Shown here in pieces: positions 33,201-45,200 of a stretch of DNA of 64,000 nucleotides; positions within the stretch are counted from its first letter, which is position 1; each line of letters begins with the position of its first letter. This DNA comes from Planctomycetia bacterium (GTDB taxonomy: Bacteria; Planctomycetota; Planctomycetia; JALXBF01; JBGPMX01). The stretch lies in the NCBI GenBank assembly GCA_036758585.1, contig DAIOWH010000003.1:6152-70151 (forward strand), written 5' to 3'. The notes under the pieces were generated by a model. It had not been told where the DNA came from and did not search any database. It was given only the letters and a program-made list of their open reading frames with translations. The position numbers were made by a program, and so were the translations under genes.

Positions 33201-36200
33201 ACTCACCGACCTGGGCAATGCCGGCGGCGTGCCGTTCGACCTGACCATCGCCCCGCCCACGCCGTTCTTCACGGGCGCCGCCACGACGCCGAACATCCTG
33301 GTGACCAGCGAAGTCACGACGGGCGATAGCGAACTCTTTGAGTTCACGTCGGTCGGGACCCTGCGGCAGCAAGTGGCGCTGCCCTACGGGCCGGTAGGCG
33401 CCTACCCGGCCGGCGAGTTTGCGCGTGACGTCGAAGTCGACGCAGCGGGCAACATTCAGATCTACAACGGCACGTTCGGACCGTTCCTGACCACCGTCGA
33501 CCAGTCGTTCACCACGTTCCAGCATCAGGCTGAGGTGGGCTGGAGCACGGTCAATCGGCTGGGTTACGGCCATCTGGCGGCGTTCGGGCAATACATGTTC
33601 GCCAGCGACATGGTGACCGCAGGCGCCGGATCGCCCAATGGCGTCATTCGGTTCGACCTGGCGACCGGAGCGGCACAGCGGTTCGCGTCCGGAACCAGCT
33701 ACGGCGTCGTGGCGGCCGGGTACGACGGGCTGATCTACGCCTCGATCGGCACATCGCCGACCAGCCGCATCGACGTCTTCAACCCGACGACGCTCGCGCT
33801 CGTCCGATCGATTACGCCGGCGAGCACGGTAGACGTGGTCGGCATGGGCGTCACGTCGACCGGCGAACTGTACGTCGCCGACCTCGCCGCCCAGGTCGTG
33901 CGGTTTGACGGCACGGGCGCCGAGTTGGGCCGGCTCGACGTCTCTGCGCTGGTCACGAACCTCACGGACCTCGACCTGGCCGAGAATGGTCGCATCGTAC
34001 TCGGTTCCACTACGGGCGACGTCGTGCTGACCAGCACCGCGTTGTCGTTCCCGAGCCGGTTCAACATCGGTTCGGCGACTCCCGTGTACGTCGGGTTCAA
34101 CACGCCCAGCACGGCGACGCAGCCGGGCGACGTCGATTTCTTCCAGGTTCAGGCGGTCGGCACCGGTACGATCGACTTCCAGATCGATCTGCGTGACCCC
34201 GACCGCAACGGCATGTTCGACATCGCCTCCGAGGCGCTTGAGCTGGCCGTGGTCGACGCCAACGATCCGTTCGGTGCGCCGCTGGCGACTGGTACGCAGA
34301 TCACCGGCACCGCTTCGTTCCTGATCGACGACTTCGCCGTCACCCAGAACGACATCGTTGTGCTGCGTGTGCAGGGCGTCACGGGAAGCGAGGAAAACGC
34401 GTATCGGCTCAAGGTGATCGGCGACGACCGCTATGAACCGAACCCCAGCCTGTTCCCGGTCGACGACGACGGCTTCGCGGGCAACGACGCGAACGACGGC
34501 CCGTTCCCCGACGACCCCGACGGCCGCAACGATTGCACGGCGATCACGGGGCCGCGGACCAGTTGCGCGACCGACCTGGGCACGATCGTGAGCGCCATCG
34601 AAACCGGTCTGAACATTTCGGACCTGCCCAACGGCAACGCCGACGTGGATTGGTTCCGGGTCACGGCCGGCGCCCGAGGCCAACTGAACGTGTCGCTCGG
34701 ACTGGTCGACCAGAACGGCAACGGCATACTGGACACCGCCACGAGCGTACCGGCCGGCGACGAGCTGTTGGACTTCAAGGTGTACGATGCGAACGGCACC
34801 GAGCTGACGACGACCCGCACGATAAACGGGTTCGTTGTGAGCATCTCGGGGGCGACGCCGTTGTCGATTGTCGCGGCGCCGCAGACGTTCCTGATCGAGG
34901 TGTTCGGTCCCACCGTGCCGACGCCCGCTCTGACGGCGGTCAACGACTACACGCTGAGCGTTTCGGTGGACGACGTCTTTGAGGTATCGAGCAGCCTGTT
35001 CCCGCCCGGCGGCGCGTTCCCAGACGACCCGGATGGTCGCAACGACCTCGGCGCCGATTTCGCGCCATGCGACGCGGTCGCGGGCACGGGCGCGGGCCAA
35101 GTGTCTTGTATCACCGACCTGGGCCTTATTGCGCACCTGCGCAGCGCGGACTACACCGGGTCCGACCTGACGATCGCACCGTCCGGCTCTGTGGCGTCGT
35201 TTGTGCCCGACACCGACATCTTCCAAATCACGCCGACCGCGACCGGCACGATCACGGTGCGGCTGACCCAGGACGACCTCAACAACAACGGACTACTCGA
35301 CGCCAGCGAGATGCTGACGCTGGACATCGTCGACCTGGTGAATCCGCTGGGCGCTCCGTTCGCCACGGCGAACCCGTCGCCGTTCAACCCGTTCGTGCTC
35401 GAGATACTCGATCAGCCTGCCATCGAGGGCGTGGCGATCGGACTCCGTGTACGTGGCATCACCGGCGCGCTCGAAACCAACTCCTACTCGCTTGATATTC
35501 GCAACGACGATCGCTTCGAGTTGGCCACGTCGATCGCCCCGGTGGGCGACGGCGTGATGCCGGACGACCCCGACGGGCGCAACGACAACGCGGTCGCCGC
35601 CGAAATCACCGACCTGGGCAAGTCGATTCGCGCGGTCCAGTCGGGTCTGACGATTACGCACTCGCCTGGCGACGAGGACTGGTTCAGCTACACGATGCCG
35701 ACGAACGCAAGCCTGCACGCCTTCCTGACGCTCATCGATGTCAACAACGACGGCGTCCTCAATGCCAGGGAATCGCTTGATATCGAAGTGTACGACGCAA
35801 CCGGAACCACACGGATCGATAGCTGTGCGCCGGCGGCCTGCACACCTGCGGGCTTCATGGTCGACGCCGGCTACATCGCGCTGCCGGAAGACACGCAGGT
35901 GCTCGTGCGCGTGGTGGGCGGCTTCGCGGGGTTCGGCAATCCGATCTCCGACGCGTATACGCTGACGCTCGTCGCCGACGACCGCTTCGACCTGCCGACC
36001 TATCCCGGCCCGGTGCCGCCCAACGATCCGAACGGGCGCAACGACAGCGACGCCGCCGGGTCTGTTACCGATTTCGGCGAGGTCGTACACACCGTCGAGG
36101 ATCTGCTGACGCTGCCGCTCGGCGACCAGGACTGGTTCAAGATTCAGGCCGCGGTGGACGGGTCGATCAGCGTGCGCATTCGGCTCGACGACGTGGACGG

Positions 36201-39200
36201 CAATAACGCGTTGGACACGACCGAGGTGCTGCGGCTGGAGTTGTACGAGGACAACGGCGGCGCGGCCGGCGCCCTGTTGGCCGTCGGCGCGCTCGACGCC
36301 GCGACCCGCCAGGTCTCGATCAACGGGTTCCCGGCGTCGGCGGGCGACACGTTCTTCGCGCACGTGACTGAGGAACTGAATCTGCCGTCGGTGACATTTG
36401 CGGCCTCGTCGGTGCCGTTCGTCGACGTGGTGGTGATCGTCGACGAATCGGGCAGCATGGCCGGCGAGCATGCGTTCCTGCAGACGTTCATTCCCGATCT
36501 GGAACTTGGCCTGACCGCCGCGGGCGTGGGTGCCGGGGCCGGACCCAACCGCTACGGCCTCTTGGGCTATGGCGGCGGCGCTCCCAGCGGGATCGTCCCG
36601 GTGGGTGCGGGTGGAGCGCTGTTTGGCACCGATGCCGAGTTTGCCGCCGCCGCAGCCACGCTGGTCACAGTCGCAGGGCTGGCCGACGGATACCCGGCGA
36701 TCGACCAGGCGCTAAAGAGTTATATCTTGCGGCCGACCGCCAAGAAGCTGTTCTTCCTGGTGACGGATACGAACCGTGAAGGGGCCAACCCGGCGTTCAC
36801 ATTCGCCGGCATACTCGCGTCGCTCACGACTGCGGGCGTCACGCTGGACGGCATCTTGAATGTCAACATTGAAGACGCCACGGGCAACGTGGCCCTCGCT
36901 CTGGCCTTCGACACCACGGTCTACATTGCGGACGGCTTGGGCGGGTTCACCAGCAGCACCGGCGGCGTGACGACGTGCCCCGGCCCGTTCGGCACGTGCC
37001 AACAGATTGTTAATCAGTATGTGGATCTGAGCTTTTCCACCGGCGGGACGATAGGCGACCTCAACCAACTTCGCGCAGGTGGGTTGACGGCGACGTCGTT
37101 CAGCAACGCTCTCGTCAGTGCTATTGTGACGAGCGTATCGACGGGCGGCATCAGTACGATCGTCAACGGATCCAACGATGCACCGCTCGACCAGGTGGCG
37201 CCGTCGGTGGACATCAACCCGACCGACACACAGAACGTCGTGGCCGTCGCCGAGAGCGTGAACAACGCCACGAACAACGAGGCGGTGGACGCGTTCACCT
37301 CGCTGAATGCCGGCGTGGTCTACACTCGACAACGGTTCGACTCGACAACCGACTTGGACAACCTGGGCGCCGGCCGACGCTACAGCCCCTCGGTGGCGTT
37401 CGACGGCAACGGGATCGTGTACGTGGCCTATGCGTTTGACGACCGTGCCGTCACAACTCCGGTCCGCCGCGTGGCTCTGTTCCGCAGCACCGACGGCGGC
37501 TTGAACTTCGGCGCTCCGGTGCTGTTCACCCCCACGGCAGGTACGTCGATCGAAGGCGTCACGCTCGCCACCGGTGTGGACGCCAGTCTCGCCACTCAGC
37601 AGGACGTATACGTTGCTTGGACCGAACTGGACGCGACGGGTACGCCGGCGCGCATCCGTGTTGCCGGCTCGCAGTCGTCGAACGCGGGCGGCGCCATGAC
37701 GCTGAGCTTCACGACCCAGAATGTATCGTCGTTCGGTCAACCGCGCCAGCCCGACCTGGTGGTCGACGGCGCCGGGCGGCTGCTTGCAACCTGGGTCGAC
37801 CACGCGGCGAACCCCGACGTCATCCGAGTGGCCGTGGATACGGACGGCCTCGGCGGCATCGCCAACTTCTCTCCGACGTTGGCGGCCACCGTGGTGACGA
37901 CCAACCACGTCGGCGTCCGTCATCCAATTCCGGCACAGCCCGAGCGCGGCGTGTCGGCAGGCCCCTCGATCGACATCGATCGATCGACCGGACCCAACGC
38001 GGGACGGGTTTACATCGCGTACACCGAGCGAGGACTGGCCGACGCCTCGGACCCGACCAACTACAACGACCTCGACACGTTCCTGCAGTTCAGCGATGAC
38101 GCCGCGCTCGCCGCAGCGTCGTGGAGTCAGCGGCGTCGGATCAACGTGCGAAACTCGGCCAGCCAGTTCAACGTGGCCATCGACGTCGATCCGACGAACG
38201 GCCAGGTGCTGGCCAGTTGGTACGACGCGCGCGGGGGGGGCGGCAACACCACGATCTTCCCGTTCGTAGCGCAAAGCGTCGACGGCGGCGTCACGTTCCG
38301 GCGCGAGTCGGCCGTGGCGCAGAACGCCTCGGATCAGAGCGGCGCGACCGCCGAACCGGCCCAGGATTTCGGCGACCGGCTCGGCATCGCGGCGTTTGGC
38401 GGCGTCGTTCAGTTGGTCTGGGCCGACAACAGCACGGTGGCCGCGGATCTCGAAATGCTCAGCACCCGCGTGCAACTCGTGCGCGGCGAGAACGCCTACC
38501 GCATCGAGGTGTTCAGCAACGACGCCGAGGAGGCGGACGGGTTCGACAGGCTGTTCGACCAGGGCCAAGACGCTGCGGGCGAGGTTCGCGAGTCGGCGAA
38601 CATGCTTGCATCGACCGGCGGACTCGCCGCCGGAGCGGCCGGCCGCCTGTTGAGGATCGATCCCGACGACGCAACGGTGCGCGACCAGACGCCGCCCGTC
38701 AGCGTGGTCCTCGACGCCGTGGGCGACGTCGATTTCAGTGCGAACGGCCAACTCGTCGGCGGCACCAGCTTCGTCGACGTGGCGAACCCCGGCAGCGGGC
38801 TTGTGCTGATCGATTCCGGCACGGGCGGCGTCTACCGCAACTTCACCTTGGTCGGAGCTGGACTGCCCACGGTATTCTCGATTACCGCCGTCGAGTTTGC
38901 GCCGAGCGGCCTGTTGTTCCTGGCGATCGACTTCGATCCGGCCGTGGATGGTTCCTCATCGCGACTCGGCACGACCTCACTTGCGGCTTGCACAGCCACT
39001 CAGTGCACGGTCAATGTGCTGGGCATCACCAACGTGGGTGAGATCGGCGGCCTGGCGTTCAACCCCGTGTCCGGCGAGTTGCTCGGCGTTACCAGCACAG
39101 CGGTTAGCGGCGGCAGCCTGGTGCGACTGAGCACAATCGACGGCCAGGCCACGCTGCAGGGAGTGACGGGTTACAGCGATGTCACCGGCTTGGAGTTCTC

Positions 39201-42200
39201 GCCCGACGGCCTGACGCTCTACGGCGTGCTCGGCGCCGCCGAGCCTGCCGCAGCGCCGGGCGCTGCGGGCGACTTGGTGGTGATCGACGCGTTCACAGGC
39301 CAGGGCATCGCCGTAGTGGGCAACATCAGCGCGCCCACCGGCCTGACCGGCGTCACGTTCCGCCCGGCGCTAAACGACAACCCAACGGCCTCCACATCGC
39401 TGGGCAGGGCGCTCGAGATCGCTCGCAGCCCGTCCGTCCCGACGCAATCGCTGACGCTCACGCGCGGCGAAGACGACTGGTTCCGAGTTCAAGCGGTCGC
39501 CGACGGCGGCTTGACCGTGCGAGTCGATTTGCGCGATGCGGTGAACGCCGGCAACCTCGATCCGGGTGAACGGGTCGCGGTCGAACTCTACGACGCCGAC
39601 GGCGCGACTCTGCTGGCCACGGGCCTGATCGACGACCTCCGGAGCGCGGTCGACGGCACTGGGTTCGGCGTCGACCTGCGGCACTACCCGAACGATCCCA
39701 CAACGCCTCCTGTACAGGCCGGCGAGTTTTACCTGGTGCGCGTCTTCAGCAGCAGCTTCGACGCCAACGCCGACGGCGTGGACAACGACGCCGACGGCCT
39801 GACCGACGAGGGAGACGAGTTTGTTCCGGGTTCCAACGAGTACGACATCACGGTCCAAAGTGAAGACCGGTTCGACCAGGTGCTGTCGCCGTCTCAGTTG
39901 ATCGCGTCAGAGAGCGCCGGCGCGGCCGAGCTGTTCGTGTTGGACGCCGCCACAGCCGCGGCCACACTCGCGTCGGCCCTCGCGCCCAATAGCGCGCCCG
40001 ACAGCCTGGCGTTCCATCCGAGCGGCCTGCTCTATGCCGAGCGGACCAATGGTGCGCTGCACGAACTGATGGTCATCAATCCAGAATCGGGCGTGCAGAC
40101 AACCATCGACGGCGCCATTCCCGACGCGGCCGACGTCAACATCGCCGCCGGCGCGACGATCACGGCGCTGGCTGTACATCCCAGAACCTTCCAGTTGTTC
40201 GGCGCGGTCGTCAACCCAGGCACTCCCGCGACTTCAACGCTCGTTACGATCGACCCCAACAACGGGCGAGTCACACCGGTCAACCCGATTCCCACGCTCA
40301 CGGGAGTGGGCGCCATCGGCGGACTGGCGTTCGATGCAACGGGCACGATCTTGTACGGCGTGAGCACGATCTTCGGCGGCATCTTGGTTACGCTGGACAC
40401 GACGACCGGCGTGGCCACGACCATCGGATCGAACGGCCTCGGCGTGCAAGACTTCTCCGGCCTGACGTTTGACTCGACGGCCGGCGCGACCGGTACGCTG
40501 TACGGTGTCGTATCCGCCTCGGATCCTGCGCTGCCGGGTCGGTTGGTGACCTTTGACGTAGCGACTGGCGCGGCGACATTGGTCGGCAACACCGGCCTTG
40601 CGGTGACTGGCGTCGCAGCCCGTCCGGCGCGATTCAGCAACGACATTCGGCAACTGGCCACGCCACTCGGTCCGATCAACAGCCGTAGCGAGGCCGTCTT
40701 GTCGCTGCACGAAGGCGATGAGGATTGGTACAGCTTTTCGATGGCCGTCGCCGGCCGGCTCGAAGTCCGGCTCGATCTGGACGACTTCAACCGCAACTCC
40801 ACGTTCGACGCGGCCGAGCAACTGAAGTTCGAGGTGATTGACGCGGTCTCGGGCGCCGTGCTGGCGTCGAGTGCGATCGCGGGCCGCATCGACGCCACGC
40901 TCGACGACGACCTGAACTCCGTGCCGTTCCCGACCGACGCGGGCGACGATGGGTTCAGCATCGTGGTCGACACGCTGCGGTTTGAGGCCGACCGGCTGCT
41001 CATGGTCCGCGTGTTCGGGCCGGCGAATGAAGTGAACCTCTACGACCTGAACATCAGCGTCGCGTTGCCCGACTCGCGCGGCCCGCGCGTGACTACGGTC
41101 ACACCGGTGCACACGTCGTTCGTAGCGGCGTCGCCGACTCAGCTCGTGATCGATCTGAACGAGAATCTCGACGCCGTGCTGGCCGCGACCGCGGCAAGCT
41201 ACCGCCTGATTCGGTCGGGCGGCGACGGCGTCATCCCCGGCGGCCCGGCGGCCGACGTCGACGTGGCCGGTACGTTCGGCGCCATCGCGTACACGCCCGG
41301 CACACAGGCAACACGAACGATCAACCAGGCTGCGGCGAACGACGCGCTTGACTACACTGCGCGAGCGGCGGGCACCGACGGGAACCGCATTCGCATCCAG
41401 TATCGCACCCCGGCCCCGAATCGGCCGACCGAGACCGTGACGGTCGACGCGACCACCAACTTCCCGTTCATCAACATCATCGTCGACCTGGCCACCAACG
41501 CGGGCGGCACCAGCACCAGCAGCGCCGCGGCCGTCCGCCAGGCGATCCAAACTACTCCGGCCGCCTCGGCCCTGATCGACGTCCAGTTCACCGTGGGCAA
41601 CAACGGCACGGGGACGGTCACGGCGCTCGGGTTGACCGCGCTGCAAGGCGGCGCCGCGTCGCGCGTCGCCATCCCGATCACCGGCGGGCTGCCCGACGAC
41701 CTCTACCAGTTCTCGATCAACTCGACCAGCGGCGTGCGCGACGAACTCGGCAACGCCCTCGACGGCGAGAACCCCGGCTCACTGCCCGACGCCGACCCGA
41801 CAACCGGCCTGCCGTCGGGCGATGCGTTCGTGGGCGGCGACTTTGTCAGCCTGTTCACGATCGATACCGTGCAGCCTACGATCATCGACGTGGTCGATGT
41901 CATGCCCGACCCCGGCACGGCGGCGGTAAGCACCATCGACGTCGAGCTGTCTGAGGTCGTCGACCTGGCGACGTTCGACTTTGGCGATGTTTCGCTGACT
42001 CGCGACGGCGGCTCGGTCGCGCTCGACAACACCGTCACCGTGGCTCGCGTGGGAACGACGCTGTTCTACCGCATCAGCGGGCTCGACAGCTTCACCGCGC
42101 CCGACGGCGCCTATGTGCTGTGCGTCGACGCCACGATGATCCAGGACCTCGCGGGCAACGCCGGCGTGAACCCGGCGCTGCCGGCCGACCGGTGCGACGA

Positions 42201-45200
42201 CTTCACCACCGCCGTGCCGCCGCGCGTGGTCGATGTGGTGGACGTCACTCCCGACCCACGCAACACGGCGGTCGCCACGATCGATGTGGTGTTGTCGGAG
42301 GTCGTCACCGGCTTCGGCCGTGAGCACCTCATGCTGACTCGCGACTCGGCCCCCGTCGCCCTGGACAACACCGTCACTGTCGCCCAGGTGGGTGCCACGA
42401 CCACGTATCGCATCAGCGGCCTCGACAGCTTTACGGATGAGGCGGGCACGTTCGACTACGTGCTCACAGTCGACGCCACTGGTTTCATGGACCTGAACGG
42501 CAACGTCGGCCTGGTCGCGGGCGGCGGGTCCGACACGTGGCGGTTCGATGACGAAGCGCCGGCCACACCGTCCACGCCCGACCTCACGGCGGCTACGGAC
42601 TCGGGAGTCTCGAACTCAGACAATATCACCAACTTCAGTCGGCCGACGTTCACGGGCACTGCTGAGGCGAACAGCACGGTGCGAGTCTTCGCGGACAACG
42701 GCGCAGGCCCCGTGGAGTTGGGCCTCACCACCGCCGACGGCATGGGCGTGTGGACCTTCCCGGTGCCGTCGGTCACCCCGTTCGCTCCGGCGGGCGGTGG
42801 GCTGCCCGACGACGTCTACGACATCACCGCCACGGCGACCGACGCCACGGGCAACGCCAGCGGCCAGTCCGCCGCGCTGCAGGTGACGATCGACACCCAG
42901 ATTGCCACGCCGTCGGTACCGAACCTGGTGGACGCCAGCGACACTGGTACATCGAACACGGACAACATCACCAACGACAACACGCCAACGTTCGATGGCA
43001 CAGCCGAGGCCGGCGCCACGGTGACCCTGACGTCGAGCGTTGCGGGTGTACTGGGCACGACGAACGGCGGCGTGTGGATGTTCACGGCCGGCATCCTGGC
43101 CGACGGAACACACAACATTACAGCCCAGGCGACCGACCTGGCCGGCAACACCAGCTTGGTCACGGCCGTGCTCGCCGTCACGATCGACACGGTGGCGCCG
43201 CCGGTCCCCTCCACGCCCGACCTGACTGACGCATCAGACAGCGGGTCGTCTGTCGTGGACAACATCACGAACGATCGGACGCCGGCGCTGAACGGCACCG
43301 CGCAAGCGGGCATCGAAGTGCGAGTGTTGGAAGGCGCCACCCTCCTGGGGAGCGGCATCGCCAACCTGTTGGGAGTCTGGACAATCACAACCAGTTCGCT
43401 CTCGGCGACTGCAGCAGGGGTGCAGCACAACATCACCGCCCGCACGCGCGATGTGGCAGGCAACGAGAGCGCGGCGTCGCCGGCCCTGACAGTAACGATC
43501 GACGACGACGCCGTCGCGCCGGTCTTCACCGCGATCGCGGACGACACCGGCAGGGACGCGAACGATCGGATCACCCGCGACCAGAACCTGCTCCTAAGCG
43601 GCACCGCCGAGCCAGGCGCTACAGTCGCAGTCACCCGCGTCGCCGTGGGTCCGGCTGGGACTGCCGTCGCCGACAGTATGGGCCAGTGGACGTTGGACCT
43701 GACGGCCACCACCTTGCCGGCGGGCGTGCACGATTTCACTGCGACTCAGACCGACGTGGCCGGCAACCCGAGCGCGACATCGGCTACGTTCCAAGTGACC
43801 ATCGACCGCACGGCGCCGCCAACCCCCAACACGCCCAATCTGGTGGACGCCAGTGACACGGGCAGTTCGAGCACCGACAACTACACCAACGCTACGACGC
43901 CGACGTTCGACGGCGGCATCGGTTCGGTTGAGGCGGGTGCGACGGTCGACGTGTTCATCGACGGCAACCAGGTCGCGACGACGATCGCCAACGGATCGGG
44001 TGTTTGGACGGCGACGGTCGCCACTCCGGTCAGTGCGGGGCCGCATTCGGTGCGGGTGCGGGCTACCGACGCGGCAGGCAACGCCAGTTCGTTCAGCAAT
44101 GTCCTGTCGATCCTGATCGATACGACCGCTCCGGGGGCGCCGACCACTCCTGATCTCACCGCGGCCAGCGATTCCGGTCGGCTTGCCGTGGACGACATCA
44201 CGAACGACACGACGCCGACGGTGGTGGGCACGGCCGAAGCCGGTTCGAGCGTCGAAGTGTTTGTCGACAACGTGTTCCGCGGCGCGGCGTTGGCGAACGG
44301 GTCCGGCGTTTGGAGCTTCACGATCACGCCCGCGCTTGTACCGGACGGCGACTATGACATCACGGCTCGGGGGCGCGACCTGGCCGGCAACGTCGGGCCG
44401 TTCAGCTCGGCCCTGACGATCACGATTGACACGGCCAATCCGGGCGCTCCGGCGACCCCGGACCTGACCGCTGGGACCGACACCGGCGCCGCAAGCGACG
44501 ATAACGTAACGGCCAACAACCGGCCGACGTTCAGAGGCCTCGACCTTGCGGTGGAAGCCGACGCGATCGTTGAGTTGTTCTCGGGCGCGACTTCGTTGGG
44601 CGCCACGACAGCCAGCGGAACCGGAGCGTGGACCCTGACCTCCACGGTTACGCTGGCCGACGGCCTGCACGCGATTAGGGCCACGGCCACCGATACGGCG
44701 GGCAACACGAGCGACGTGAGTGTGCCCGACCTCGTCATCCGGATCGACACGGCGAGGCCGGCGGCGCCGGTGAATCTCAACCTGGCGTCCGCTAGCGACA
44801 GCGGCCGCTCCTCGACCGACGACGTGACGAACGTCACGATGCCGACCATCGACGGGCCCGCAGGCTCGGTAGAACCTCTGGCCACCGTGCGAGTGTTCGC
44901 GGACGGCGTAGCGATGGGCTCGACCATTGCGGATGCGACAGGTGCGTGGAGTCTCGCGATCGGCACGGCACTGACCAACGGTGTGCGTGCGATCACCGCC
45001 GCAGCCGTCGATGCGGCGGGCAACGTGAGTGATCTGAGTACGGCGATCAACCTCACGATCGACACGACGGCCCCGTCGGCCCCGTCGGTCGCTGACCTTG
45101 CCGCCGCGAGTGATTCGGGCAGTTCGAGCACCGACAATGTGACCAACGATACGACTCCGACGTTCAGCGGCTCGGCCGAAGCAAACGCTACGGTGCAGGT

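Larger units (their letters stand above)
27540..36400 (+). repeat. region dominated by PPC-like domains (>=12 copies, each ending in an NDDRFE/GDDRYE-type linker) interleaved with beta-propeller-like modules and module A/B copies
   Basis: hallmark D.DW(Y/F) sites read at ~27604, 29047, 30262, 31483, 31984, 32800, 34132, 34648, 35212, 35672, 36124; linkers '(F/L)PDDPDGRND....TDLG'. Confidence 0.55.
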
